A stretch of DNA of 64,000 bases from Eledone cirrhosa. Taxonomy: Eukaryota. The stretch covers positions 49,104,001 to 49,168,000 of the forward strand of contig OZ024743.1 in NCBI GenBank assembly GCA_964016885.1, written 5' to 3'. The notes beneath the pieces were generated by a model. It did no database searches and had not been told where the DNA came from. It worked only from the letters and a program-made list of their open reading frames with translations. This document shows, piece by piece, positions 52,219-64,000 of the stretch (its first letter is position 1; every line of letters begins with the position of its first letter). A program made the position numbers and the translations under genes.

Positions 52219-52436
52219 TTGTATATGATAGATAAGAATCTGCAGATTCTTTATTTGGAGCAATTCCTCGACGCCATATTATACTAAATTAATCAATACA
52301 GAATATTTGATACAACAATAAAACACCATTTTCTGTTCACAATAAAACAATGAATACATTTTAATATATGTTAATAATACCTATCTGATGTTTCCGACCC
52401 TGAATTAGGATTATTATTCCAAGAAACCGAAGACAT
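29975..52436 (-). CDS. LENG8: Leukocyte receptor cluster member 8 homologue (SAC3/GANP/THP3-PCI protein), 16 coding exons, ~906 aa
   Basis: Exons (minus) 52436-52381, 50280-49870, 48140-48083, 47371-46936, 46506-46281, 44577-44530, 43498-43355, 42708-42475, 39772-39599, 38213-38075, 37403-37311, 36601-36467, 35728-35660, 35080-34951, 33745-33538, 30134-29975 (TAG). All GT-AG with consistent phases, 2721 nt. LENG8 hallmarks: [117 protein letters not shown]. Confidence 0.92.
40110..40830 (+). mobile_element. RTE-clade LINE 3' fragment with (GAT)n tail, in a LENG8 intron
   Basis: RWMCN...[29 protein letters not shown]...[13 protein letters not shown]. Confidence 0.85.
41459..41644 (+). mobile_element. 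tRNA-head SINE
   Basis: Matches the SINE consensus. Confidence 0.8.
44117..44302 (-). mobile_element. tRNA-head SINE
   Basis: Reverse complement of the SINE consensus. Confidence 0.8.
45943..46246. repeat. ~22-25-bp minisatellite next to the LENG8 exon 5 donor
   Basis: Variants of acacagctctactcatgtataac. Confidence 0.85.
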
Positions 52437-52750
52437 TCGGAGACTTCTAGGATTTTTAATAAGAAGAAAGAGGATGTGGAATGATACAATTTTCAGCGCA
52501 TGCGTACATTAACATTCGGACAGACAGCTGCTGAGAGTTTCGTATTATTTCTTGTAACATTATTCACTTTTTTATTTACATTTTTATGTTATATAATAAA
52601 TATTTAATCAATTATAGAATTTATTTTTATGTGTCTAAAATTATATTGCCAATGTTAGTAGAATGCTAGCTCTGCTTTATGACACAACTTTATGGCGCCA
52701 ATATTCAATGTTGTTACTTTCGTGTAGTTTGGACTTCATTGTATATCGTG
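52272..52750. promoter_or_regulatory. bidirectional LENG8/MCM10 promoter region
   Basis: Divergent ATGs at 52436(-) and 52751(+). NRF1-like GCGCATGCG at 52496-52504, E2F-like palindrome TGGCGCCA at 52693-52700, YY1-like CGCCATATT at 52272-52280. Confidence 0.65.
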
Positions 52751-55297
52751 ATGGATGATGAGTGTTATAATTTAGATTCTTTGGTTGAATTTTTAGGAGA
52801 GGAGTCATCGGGAGATGAAGAAGTAAAGGACCAAAGTACTGTCGTTTCTTCCAATAATGGAAGTGAATCTCACACAAGTCAGACTATATCGTCTCCCAAG
52901 ACATTTAACAGTAATGTACTGGGAAATGATCAGCCACATCCCAACAATGATTCTCAGGAAAATATTATGGATGAGCTACAGAAAATGAGAAAACGTATGC
53001 AGGAACTTGAACAGAAACTGCAACAACAAAACCCAATACCGTCACAGCCAGTAAATACAAATCTGCCTCAAACCAACACTGATACTAAACACAATCGTTC
53101 GTTTAATACCGAAATTAATCTGTTTGCATCAGAAGGTCAGTCGAAACAAATTTCTTGTTCTAAAAGTACACAATCTCCACCATTAGTTTCTACCAAACTC
53201 TCTACTTCACCCGTGAATAATAGCAGTGAAGCTGCGAATCTGAAAACTGAATTATTTGGTGATAGCGATAGTGATTGGGAGGATTTAGAAGGAGAGAAAC
53301 CAAAATTGAGCGAAGAAGGTAATGAACTGAAGAAATTACTGAAAAAGTCTGCGAACGAACGTATAGCCCACACAGCAACACATGACGTGTCAAGTCTTAG
53401 AGCGAAGGCTGTGAGTAAGAAATCACCGGTTCAAACTATCATCAATATTAATAAATCTCAGTTTAATCAACAAATTGGCCCTAATAGAAAGATTTCTACA
53501 AACAAAACTAATGTTGATACGAACTGTGATATTGATCCTTTCTCTGGAATCCGTATTATTAATCCTAAAGTATCGTCTTCGACCATGAAAACACGAATGC
53601 AAGACAGGAGAATGATTAAATTATCTCACATCCATAGTAAAAATGGCAAGGAATTATCTGACAGTGACTGGGTCACTATTGCAGTTGTGGTACACAAAGG
53701 TGAACCAAGGAAATCTTCCAAAGGAAATACTTATAGCATTTGGAAACTGAATGATTTACAAAACTGTGAACAAAGTGTTTCGTTTTTCTTGTTCGGGGAA
53801 GTATATAAGTCTCACTGGAAATTAGCTGTTGGTACTGTAATTGGTTTATTAAATCCTAATATGATGGATAAATCTGAAAAAAAGCAATCGGATATTGCTT
53901 TCACCATAAGCCATGCTAATAAGTTAATGATAATTGGTGAATCTGTTGACCTAGGAACATGTCAACAACGGAGGAAAAATGGTACCCCATGTACAAATAT
54001 TGTAAATAAGATGCAAGGAGAATCCTGTGTCTATCATGTAACTGCTGCTTACAAACTGACTTGTGCCAAGAGAAGTGAATTAAACAGCTACACTGGTGTC
54101 ACCCCTAAATGCTTTAACAAAAAGCCCTTGCCAAAAGGTGGTATGTTTTTCTATCAGGGTAAATCATTCACATCATTACCCTTAGGCAATACACAACAAA
54201 AAGATAAAATTACTGTGAGCAAGCTGCAACATCAACAGAATAAACTGGGCCAAAGTAAGCTGTCGACAATGAGTCTTCAGAAGATGAGTAACAAAGATCA
54301 AAATATTCTTAATAAATTATCATCAGATAAAGAACAGGCATTCTTAGATATATTAAGTACTCCATCAATTGGATCAATGAACCTTGTGAAACATTTACTG
54401 AAGAAGGAAAAATCTGAAGCGCAATCTAAAGCAAATGTCACTGTTGTTTCCATTAGTCCATCAGATCTTCTCAAAAAACACAAACAACAAATGGAAGTGA
54501 AAAGGACAGCCACCAAATTCTTTAATCCAGTATTAGGAAGGGGCTTAGAGTCTGGATTAAATGTTAACTTAGATTCTGTCAAATCAAGATCATCAAATTC
54601 TAGTGAACTATTAAAACACATAGCTATCAAGAAAATCCAAAATAGTGGAGGACTTCAAAAAGAAGATCCAAATGCTATCCGAAAACAAACCAATGACACA
54701 AAGGTGGTTGAAAAGATAAAAAAAAGAGTCTCCCAAGATATACAGCCAACAATAGAAAAGGTGTCTGCTTCACAACCTCCTCTCGCTAAAAGGTCAAAAC
54801 TGTTAGGAAATGTTGACTTAAATTCACCAGAAATAAAGAAACTGATGAAACTAAAATCATCCCATGCTGGTGCCATTACAGAAATGGAGAATGAGAAACA
54901 GGAAAAATATTTCAATGCTTTGGAGAAAAAAGAGGAATGTGAAGTGAAAATGCAGTCTGTCACTGAAATAAAATGTGCATTGTTCAGTTGCAAGTTGTGC
55001 GGCTATACTGCATTATCAGTTGGCGATAGATGCAAGAAAGAACGTCATCCTGTGAAGAAACACCAGGGTATGAAGCGATTTTTCAGATGTCGCAAGTGTA
55101 AAACACGGCGCATTGCTTTTACAATGATACCTAAAGATCCTTGCAGTGAATGTGGTGAACACAATTTTGAAAAGACATCTATGATGCCAGAAAAATCTGG
55201 TCCTAAACTCCAATCTGAACAACTCTCATTACGGGGGGATGAATCAAAGAATTTAAACAGTTTATCTTATCATATAACTGGTTCCATCGAACTCTAA
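52751..55297 (+). CDS. MCM10: DNA replication factor Mcm10, single coding exon, ~848 aa
   Basis: Uninterrupted ORF. N-terminus MDDECYNLDSLVEFLGE; OB-fold (DPFSGIRIINP...SDWVTIAVVVHK...WKLNDL...FFLFGEVYKSHWK...GLLNP); CCCH finger (TCQQRRKNGTPCTNIVN...CVYH); C-terminal Zn domain (EKYFNALEKKE...CKLCGYT...KRFFRCRKCK...CSECG). Confidence 0.95.
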   Translation: MDDECYNLDSLVEFLGEESSGDEEVKDQSTVVSSNNGSESHTSQTISSPKTFNSNVLGNDQPHPNNDSQENIMDELQKMRKRMQELEQKLQQQNPIPSQPVNTNLPQTNTDTKHNRSFNTEINLFASEGQSKQISCSKSTQSPPLVSTKLSTSPVNNSSEAANLKTELFGDSDSDWEDLEGEKPKLSEEGNELKKLLKKSANERIAHTATHDVSSLRAKAVSKKSPVQTIININKSQFNQQIGPNRKISTNKTNVDTNCDIDPFSGIRIINPKVSSSTMKTRMQDRRMIKLSHIHSKNGKELSDSDWVTIAVVVHKGEPRKSSKGNTYSIWKLNDLQNCEQSVSFFLFGEVYKSHWKLAVGTVIGLLNPNMMDKSEKKQSDIAFTISHANKLMIIGESVDLGTCQQRRKNGTPCTNIVNKMQGESCVYHVTAAYKLTCAKRSELNSYTGVTPKCFNKKPLPKGGMFFYQGKSFTSLPLGNTQQKDKITVSKLQHQQNKLGQSKLSTMSLQKMSNKDQNILNKLSSDKEQAFLDILSTPSIGSMNLVKHLLKKEKSEAQSKANVTVVSISPSDLLKKHKQQMEVKRTATKFFNPVLGRGLESGLNVNLDSVKSRSSNSSELLKHIAIKKIQNSGGLQKEDPNAIRKQTNDTKVVEKIKKRVSQDIQPTIEKVSASQPPLAKRSKLLGNVDLNSPEIKKLMKLKSSHAGAITEMENEKQEKYFNALEKKEECEVKMQSVTEIKCALFSCKLCGYTALSVGDRCKKERHPVKKHQGMKRFFRCRKCKTRRIAFTMIPKDPCSECGEHNFEKTSMMPEKSGPKLQSEQLSLRGDESKNLNSLSYHITGSIEL

Positions 55298-55331
55298 TCT
55301 GGAAATATTCACAAATTGAGAATTATTTTAA

Positions 55332-55544
55332 CCCTTTAGCATTTAAACCAGCCATATCCGGAAAGAATTCTCTCACCTCTTTCTGTTCAAACTGGTCGTA
55401 ACTGACCACTCATACTGATGTTAAGGTATTGTTCTCAAAATAGACATCAAAATCTCATAGATTTGATATTATGTAAGATAATTGTGAGATAGTCTTTACT
55501 GCAGAAATACAATAGGAATATAGAGTAATGTAAATGCTAAAGGG
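55332..55544 (+). mobile_element. piggyBac-type MITE (213 bp) just downstream of the MCM10 stop
   Basis: TTAA flanks at 55328-31 and 55545-48; perfect TIR CCCTTTAGCATTTA/TAAATGCTAAAGGG. Confidence 0.8.
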
Positions 55545-58499
55545 TTAATGTAAAACTTTGATTCTGTTTTACAGGCACTAGCATGTTTTATTCACAGACG
55601 TTCATCATTAGTGAATACTGGAATGATGATTATTGTGAAGAGAAATATTTTGCTATTTCTCTACCATAAACATAGTTTGAATTCACTGCTTTCTGTGTCA
55701 TAAAGAACATTTAATCATTATTGTAATTACCACTGATAATATGGTTGAAAGCAACCTCACCAACATGTGTCTATATATATATATGTCTGTGTGTATAAAT
55801 ATATATGTATATATATATATGTGTGTATATATGTATGCATATATATATGTGTGTATATCTATATATATGTGTGTGTGTGTATATATGTATGTGTGTATAT
55901 ATATATATGTGTGCGTATATATATATGTGTGTGTGTATATACATATACCCTGTCAATCCTTTTTACCAATTACCAATCATTTCAGTAAACATTTCTTAAA
56001 ATATTTATTTCACAAAAGCTGTTTTACTGTTATGTTATTTTCAAAATTCAACTATAAACTATGTTTAGTGTTTCTGGTAACTTTGTTGCTGTGTGAGAGG
56101 AGTAGAGTGTGTTAGGTACAGCTTCAATAGTGTGTGGTATCAGGGTATATATATGATGATTGCATTATCTTGTCAAATGATAGCTGCTTCAACATCACCT
56201 CAAGCATTCCTGAAAGTCAACATCTTTTCATGTGGAAAGAGGTGACTCTTTAATCCAGTAACAAAGACCAGTTCAAAATTCTATCCTTAGTCACTGACAA
56301 CATTCCAACATAGGAAACACCAGCACAGGTGATTGGGGAACTGTGACTGCTCCCATTTATACTACATCTCCCGAGGGGATGAAACTATGGAAGTGGCAAT
56401 ATTTCATTGATGCAAATTTGGATACACCCCAATAGCTGCAGCAATAGGCCCAATGACTATGGTGGCAAGAATTCAGAGTCCTGAATGACAGATGAGAAGA
56501 TGCAAAAGAGATGTGTACATTTTGGGTTATAGTGACAAACGCTTATACAACACGAGTACGACTCCCTAAGTTTGATTATTATCTGAAAGCAAACATGTAA
56601 ACTCCACGTTTTACTTCAGTTTTGCTCTCTTAGAAGAATGCCATAACTTGGGGAAGGAGAGTCGTTTACTCACAGTAGACATACTGTGCACCCTGGGTTG
56701 TCATAATTCTGACAGAAGTCCGATCTACCTCTTTTGAATTGAGAGTGACCTTTCTCCTAAACAGACTGCCACCCATGGGTGATGAGTTCTGTTTACTCGG
56801 AGCAACATAACTCGCCTTTGCCCCTTGTCAGCTCCAGGATTAAAATGCTTAAGGTATGCTTCAAGTCCCTATGGTATCCCTACAACTCCTTCAGGAAGTA
56901 CAGGTTCATGCATGTCGTTTTTACATCCTCTTTTCCATGCGGCCAAGAGTTACATTGGATGTTTTGGGATAATGTTTTACAACTGGAAGCCCTTCTTGAC
57001 ATCAACCCTTTTAGTCACCTAACAATATGTCAGGAAATGGTGTATTTATTCTAAAAACAGATACTCCTGTCATTTATATATATATACACACAGAAACATA
57101 CATATATATATTTATATATAACAAGGATAAAAGTTCAGGTGAAGAAAGTTATGTCAACAAAATTTCAGGCCTAATGTAGGTCCACAATCAACACACACAT
57201 CACTCACGGTCAAAATGAATAAGAGGAGAGTATATATGTGTATAAACAGTTCTGATGACTGGCTGCTATATTTTTTTAGCTTTGTTACTTAACTTCATAT
57301 TGAGTTATTTCCCCTGAACTATGTCTTGTTTTATCTTCAGTTATCACTAAACCTCAATTAACTTAGTATTTTATATATAGTTACTGTAGTATAGGGTGGT
57401 GGCTTTGTAGAATTGATAAACTGTCCAATAAAATGCTATTCTGATATTTGTTCTAGTGCTTTACATTCTGAGTTCAAATCTCGCCGAAGTTAACTTTGCC
57501 TTTCATCCTTACGGGGTCGATAAAATAAATCACCAGTCAAGTACTGAAGTTGATTTAATAACATTTGCTGCACTTGTGACTAAATTAGAAATCAATATGC
57601 GTTCCGGTTATTCCGTGACTTTCTTACTGTTTTCGTCATACCCCCTGCGTTCCTACATCTCGATTTCAGTAATTTCTGTTTATTTCTCTACTGTAATACA
57701 ATAGAGAAAGAGGAAATTTTTAAATATTGTTTATAACATTAGTATTTTATGTTTCAATAACAATGATACCACAAAACATCATTTCACTCATGAACTGTAG
57801 CAAGATCAGATACAATCTGTCAATGTCAACACATCAATAAGACTTGTACAGATTGTTCCAAAACAGAAAGAAAACAAAATAGGCCTGCTTCAAATTTTCT
57901 TTTCAACTTCAGATTGTTTCTCATTATAATTGAAAAAATGTAGAAATCTTGAATCAGCAAATTTATGTGAGGTCATTAACCCCTGATTTATGCTCTGATG
58001 TAATGTTTCATTTAGGTGGTAGGTGACAGAGTAACATAATAATGGAAGGAATGAGGAAATTCTTATGTTGATTCTCTCAGATCACAAGTAGTGACAATGT
58101 ATCAACTGTTTTTTTACTGTGTAGGAAGGGAAGAGCAGTGCCTATGACTGGAAGGAGGAGGTTATCCTGTAGCTGGAGAGCTAACCAAAATACTGGCATC
58201 AGAGTAGACACTGCTCATGGCACTCATGAGCTAGGGAGTGATGTTAAACCTAGTGATGGGTTAACAACCAAATTGGCTATAGCAGGATTTGAACTCAAGA
58301 TAAACAGCCTGAACAAATACCTCAAGATATTTTATCCAATGCTCTAATAATTGCACTGCCCTGGGTTGGTACTTTATTTTATCGACCCCGAAAGGATGAG
58401 AGGTAAAATTGACCTCATTAGAATTTGAACTCAGAGTGTTGGAATAAGTACTGCAAGATATTTTGTTCCATGCTGTGATAACTCAGCCAATTTGCTAGA

Positions 58500-58992
58500 G
58501 ACAAACTAATTAAAGCTCCGACATCTGGCAACTGACTTGGTAAACATCCACAATATTATTAACCATCTTGCCAACAACAACCCTGAGCACCTTTTTGATT
58601 TCCATGTGTCTAACACACGTGGGCATGCCAACAATGTCAGAAAACAGCACAGCTCCCATGACTTTCAGAAACATTTTTTCATGCTCAGAGTTGCTGAAGC
58701 ATGGAACAAACTACCTGGATCAGTTGTTAGCTGTCGAGACACTGCATCCTTTAAAACCTCCATGGAACAAATTAGCTGTCGAGACACTGCATCCTTTAAA
58801 ACCTCCATGCTTCCTGAGATTCGCCAACACTACACCTAATATTCCCCCTCCATACACATACACACATGTATATCATGACTCATACACTGTTCACTTCCCT
58901 GACATTTGTATATTATTCAATGTACTATACATGCACCTTTGATGAGTTGTAGTGCACCTGAGCACTTTACACAATAATTTCATTATTATTAT
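58500..58992 (+). mobile_element. CR1/L2-group LINE 3' fragment with an internal tandem duplication and (ATT)n tail
   Basis: SNTRGHANNVRKQH...HFFMLRVAEAWNKLP..VVSCRDTASFK; ttagctgtcgagacactgcatcctttaaaacctccatg is duplicated. Confidence 0.75.
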
Positions 58993-60481
58993 TAATGACA
59001 ACATAACATTGAAACCAATGTCCTCATATAAGTGATGATGTTTGATTGGCATCATTTTGTACCATAATAGGTTAACAGAAGGTAGTGTAATAGTATCGTT
59101 CCAAGAACATGATTGAGCCACACTATGTTGTTTAACTTTGAGTCAGCTCTTATCCAATAAATTTATGATCAAAGGCACTCCAGTTGTGATCATTCCATCA
59201 TCACTGTTTATCATGTATTTTCTATACTTGCATCGGTTGTCACCAACCGAGACTTGTCAAGTGACCACATCTTGCTAGTGTGCTCCACCTTTCGCTTGGT
59301 TTATATGTCTGGATGCCCTTCCTAATGCCATCTGTTTATATATCAGGGAATACTACCTTTTCCAGTGTATTCTTTCTTATTTTAAGACAGTATGGATTTG
59401 ATTTGATGGAGATTTGTTTACTATTTCTCGCATGTTGGGGCTCATGGAAGTAAGTGAAGCTAAATCTTATTCTTGGTGTCAAAGTTACGTGGAAAGATAG
59501 CATTGGATAAAGGTGATTGATAACATATAGAGTTGGGTAAAGATGTGCCAGGAGTTCCCAGTGGAAGAAGGCCAAGAAAGACTTGGGCAGAAGTGATGAT
59601 AGTGGATTTCAAAATGCTGAATCAGACGAGATAATGAAGGAATACAGTAGGTGGGGGGAAGCTGTGCAGGAAAAGACCCATCTAACCCATGCAAGCATAG
59701 AAAGAAAGACTTAAAAGGATAATGAATTCCATGACTGGACACATACTCAAATATACTTTAAAATGTGTTCTGTAGCCTTGGGCTGGCCAATGCCTTGTGA
59801 GTGAAAATTGCAGAAGCCTATTGTGCATTTAAATAATGTGTGTGTGTGTCTGTTGTTTGTTCAATAAGTATTGATAACATTTTGGGAGAGGCATTAAATA
59901 TTCAATTAGAATGCTACTTCATGGTGAAGTAGACTTACATATAATGTTTAGAGTGACTAACTGATAATCTCCCATAACCTAACACTTCACCCTTCAGCAG
60001 CTATGTACTCCACCTTAGACCTACCTCTCTAATCCCCATCTTGCATAGATGCACTACACCCTCCCCCCCACATCTGATACACCTCTCTTCAACCCATGCA
60101 TGGAAAGGTGGACACAATCCCCAACAATGCTGTTGAAATGGCTAGAAGCTCCCAGTCCACACTGAAAGGTACTTATGCTGGTGACAACAAAAGCCCCTAG
60201 TTGATCATGTAAGGTGCTCATGATGGTGACATGATGAAAAAGTACCTAGTGTATCCTGGTAGTCGGTCATTTTAGTGCCATGATAAAAGTCACCCAGTCC
60301 ACATAGTAAATGTGGTTGGTGTTAAGAAATGCATCCAGCTGTAGAAACCAAGCCAGGAACAGTTCTGTATGAGCAAGACACTGTTACCAGATCTGACTTG
60401 TCTCACAACGGGATAACTTGTCTAACACATGCTAGCATGAAAAAAAATGGACATTAAACGGTGATGATGATGATATATGAA

Positions 60482-60515
<34 letters not shown>

Positions 60516-61029
60516 TGTTCGTTTGTTTGTCTGTTTGTCTCCAATGTTCTTCAAAACCAGTGGACCAATCATGTTCAAACTTGACATGTGAGTTCCTTAG
60601 ATTCAGGAATAGGTTTTTCTCAAACTTGGACCTATACTCATTTGTTTATATGTTTAACTGAGTTTGGAAAAATAATGTTGGTAGTCATGGAGAGAAAGAA
60701 ACAGATAAAAGAACGAAGAAAGTGGACGATACACATTCAAAACTTCCTCCCTCTCTCCTGCATTCAATCAACATATTATCCATCATCCCCACTATTGGCT
60801 GCAGAACCTGTGATCATACATTCTTTATATCTCTTCCATGTGGTTATATCTACTTCATATCTTTCTTGTATATGTGTATATATGCTACATCTTAATATAT
60901 CGCTCCAAAAACAAAAGATGGAATTAAGCAAGTAAGTTAATGAATGAACAAAAAGAAAAAGTGAGTGACATGTGTTTTGATTTATGGAAATACTAGACCT
61001 TTCCCAATTGCACCTCTCAAAGGCGATGA

Positions 61030-61350
61030 TATGACCATGACCTCTGGCGTCACGCAGTAATACAGCAGACCTGACTTCCCACAGGTACAAGCCGAAGCTG
61101 AAGCATATAGACAATATGCCCCTGCCCCCTCCCACTGCAAAGTGGTCGTGGAGGTGCCACGGCAAAAAAGCACCCAGCACTCAATGTAAATGAGGTTGGT
61201 GTTAGGAAGGGCATCCAGCTGTAGAAATCAAGTCAGAATCAGTTCCCATATGAGCAAGACAAGGTCAGCCGACTGGACACTGCCTACAACAGGACAACCT
61301 GTCTAACCCATGCTAGCATGGTAGAACGGACGTAAAACGGTGATGATGAC
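61030..61350 (+). mobile_element. RTE-family 3' tail element
   Basis: Near-identical to 170-530. Confidence 0.75.
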
Positions 61351-64000
61351 TACTAAAAATAGCATCTGTGAAACCTGTAATATTTTTTTACATATTTATT
61401 TCTGTTAGTCTTTTGTTTTTTCTGAAAGTTAATGCAGTGAGTCCTTATTCAATAAAAATTTGACTCAACCATTAGCTTTTGGTTGTTGTTTCCAAAAAAT
61501 AACTGAAAGTTAATGCAGTGAGTCCTTATTCAACAAGATTTGACTTGACTTAGATTCATCATTAAGAGAAAAATAAAAAAATTTCAGATAAATGATATTG
61601 ACTTTGGAAGCTGCAAGCAAAAAATACTTTCTCATTGTTATACACTACTATACATATCCATCAGAGCATGTTCACCCAATTTCTTTCCAGTCTTCACTAA
61701 TCCTCTACATTTAGTACCCATGTCTCTCTTCTTTGCATCATATAATCTGCCTTTCACCCTGAGCAAAAATCCCTTTGTAGCCAGTGAGGTGGTAGCTGCC
61801 TAAATTTTCTACAATCTGTTCTCATCCTTGCTGCTGTACTTTCTGAACATCCACTAAAATGGAGGTATGACTTATATACAAGTATATATGGTAATCAATT
61901 TAATCTGACATGGAATAAGGGACTTTAATACAGTGTTGATGATAATGATAGAGGGGACGATGAGAAGGATGACTAACACATTCAGAATAAACACTTTCAT
62001 TAGGGCTGATGCTGGAATTATTTCCCACTTAATCACACTTCATTGAATGCATTTCTCCTTTCTACTTAGAAACATGTTACATCATCTTCAGCCATGTAAC
62101 AGTGGCTAGTTTACCTGTCTATATTAAACAGTGTTTCCTGAAGTATGTCCAGCTGTAAAACATTCAGGTGCCAACAGTCTAGGGCAATCATAGTGCTAGA
62201 CAATTTTAAATGATTACATCTACCTCAGTCATTAGCTGACTAACTCTGACTTGTAAAACAACTACTGACCTTAGTAAAACTGTTTTTTGTATGTAATTTC
62301 ACATGTATCTCTGCCACCTACTGAAAATGGTTACAATTATTTTGTGTCAATGGTTCACACAAGGACAGTTATCTCTTGACAACACTGCTAAACTTTCTCG
62401 TAAACAATTTCTTTGATTGCATTCTGAGATCAGGATTTTTTTTAAAATCAGTTGAGCCCTTCTTTTCAGTGTTAACCCTGGCATAATTCTCCTTCAACAC
62501 CTCACAATGTCACTTAAGTTAAGTGTTTAATTTTATACTTTATTTACTTTTGTTATGCTTGTTTTGTTTGTAAGTTTTGTTGTTGATTTAAAGAATACTT
62601 TGATGAAAACAACATATCTCTGTTACTGGCCCCATCATACATTCACATACATACATACACACACATATGCATACATACATTCACATATATACATACACAC
62701 ACATATGCATACATACATTCACATATATACATACACATGCATACATACATTCACATATATACATACACACACATATGCATACATATATTCACATACATAC
62801 ATATACATACATACACATATGCACACATACATTCACATATATACATAGATACACACATAATAGCTGCAACTTGATTTTGAGTTATGCCATCGCCTGATAT
62901 TAAGCATGAACATCTTGGACGTGGCTTTTAATCCTGCTAGGGACTTGTCTATCGCCAGCAATGACATGCATCGGAAAAAACGTCACATATCAAGCAATGC
63001 TTCTGCTTGAAGCTTTTTTAAGTGAGGAAAGGCTTTGCATGGAGCCAATCCCACTCTCTGAATATCAGATGCATTTATTTACCCAAAAAGAAGAACTGGT
63101 CTACATTATTGGATGCAAACGAAGTCGCAGGTTTTACATCAGAGTGACCTTCTCCTAGAGAGATGTCTTAATGAAGACTAGGAGTCTCTCGCTCCACAAA
63201 AGAAAAACTTTATTGGATGACAGTTGACTCTCCTGAGTTCCCCTGCCCTTTGGCAGGTCTTGTTTTTCATCCCACAGGGTGTCCAAAATCACCCTCCTCA
63301 CCAAGCAAGTTTGGTGGGGTTGCCGGTTTAGTCACCGGCGTCCCAACCATTCACAGGTTGTACTGGGTTACGTGTTACCAGCAGCGATGAAGAGCAACCT
63401 GACATAAATATACATACATACATATACACATACAAACTTGCATATGCACATACTTACCTGCATGCATACATACAGAAATTGGACATTAAAACAGAGGGGG
63501 GGGGATTCAGGAAGGGAAGGGCACTGCTCAGGATACTTTTCATCTTCTCCAATACTTGTGGAAGCCTGGAAGCCTGGCCCAAATGCTTGAAACATAGTGA
63601 TGGTGGTGTCAAACTAAAGTATTAAGTCTACAACACAAATAGGTCACAGTGAAATTTTAACTTAAAATGCAAGGTTACGGAAGGTATGTCACATAGCATC
63701 TCATCCAATTCTCTAACAATTCTGCTATCCACCACCCTGAATTGCTGCTTAATTTTATTGATTCCAAAAATATGAAAGGTAAAGTTGACTTCGGCATGAA
63801 CTAATGACTTTGTCAATTTGTCTTCCATAAACCATAAAGAATATAAATTATTATGAATTAATTAAAGACTATTTTATGTGTATATTTTGGGAAAAGTTTC
63901 CACACAGGACTCTTACCTAGAGTTTACAAAGGTAGGAATGAGTCTACCTATTCAAAATAAGATCATGTAATAATATATCTCATTGTTAATATTCAAGTGA

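Noticed and set aside
52679-52750. Upstream in-frame ATG extending MCM10 by 24 aa
   Set aside because: The MDDE start at 52751 matches the acidic N-terminus of animal Mcm10, and the extension overlaps the E2F-like promoter motif. Not formally excluded.
56150-63410. Possible further gene downstream of MCM10
   Set aside because: Only LINE/SINE remnants (including RTE 5'-like pieces near 56.2-56.8 kb and 63.1-63.4 kb) and microsatellites; I found no coherent exon chain.

Overview
AT-rich, intron-rich animal genomic DNA. Dense (TA/CA)n microsatellites, tRNA-head SINEs and RTE/CR1/Penelope fragments suggest a coleoid cephalopod such as Octopus (inference). I reconstructed three protein genes by hand, with GT-AG sites and consistent phases. 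(1) + strand, 1625-19108, 5' end outside the window: 13 exons, >1360 aa. It fuses a Gypsy/Ginger-type integrase that lacks two of the three DDE residues with three GIN1/ZBTB11-like HHCC zinc-binding modules, an AT-hook and six C2H2 fingers, and is apparently a domesticated-integrase transcription factor. (2) - strand, 52436-29975: 16-exon LENG8 homologue (SAC3/GANP-PCI, ~906 aa), whose last intron has a distant branch point and a candidate microexon. (3) + strand, 52751-55297: intronless MCM10, head-to-head with LENG8 across a 314-bp promoter. Non-coding highlights are two hammerhead-like motifs in Penelope-type repeats, a ~23x tandem amplification of a SINE head, a 27-bp coding hairpin and piggyBac-type MITEs. 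All homology calls come from motif recognition, not database searches.
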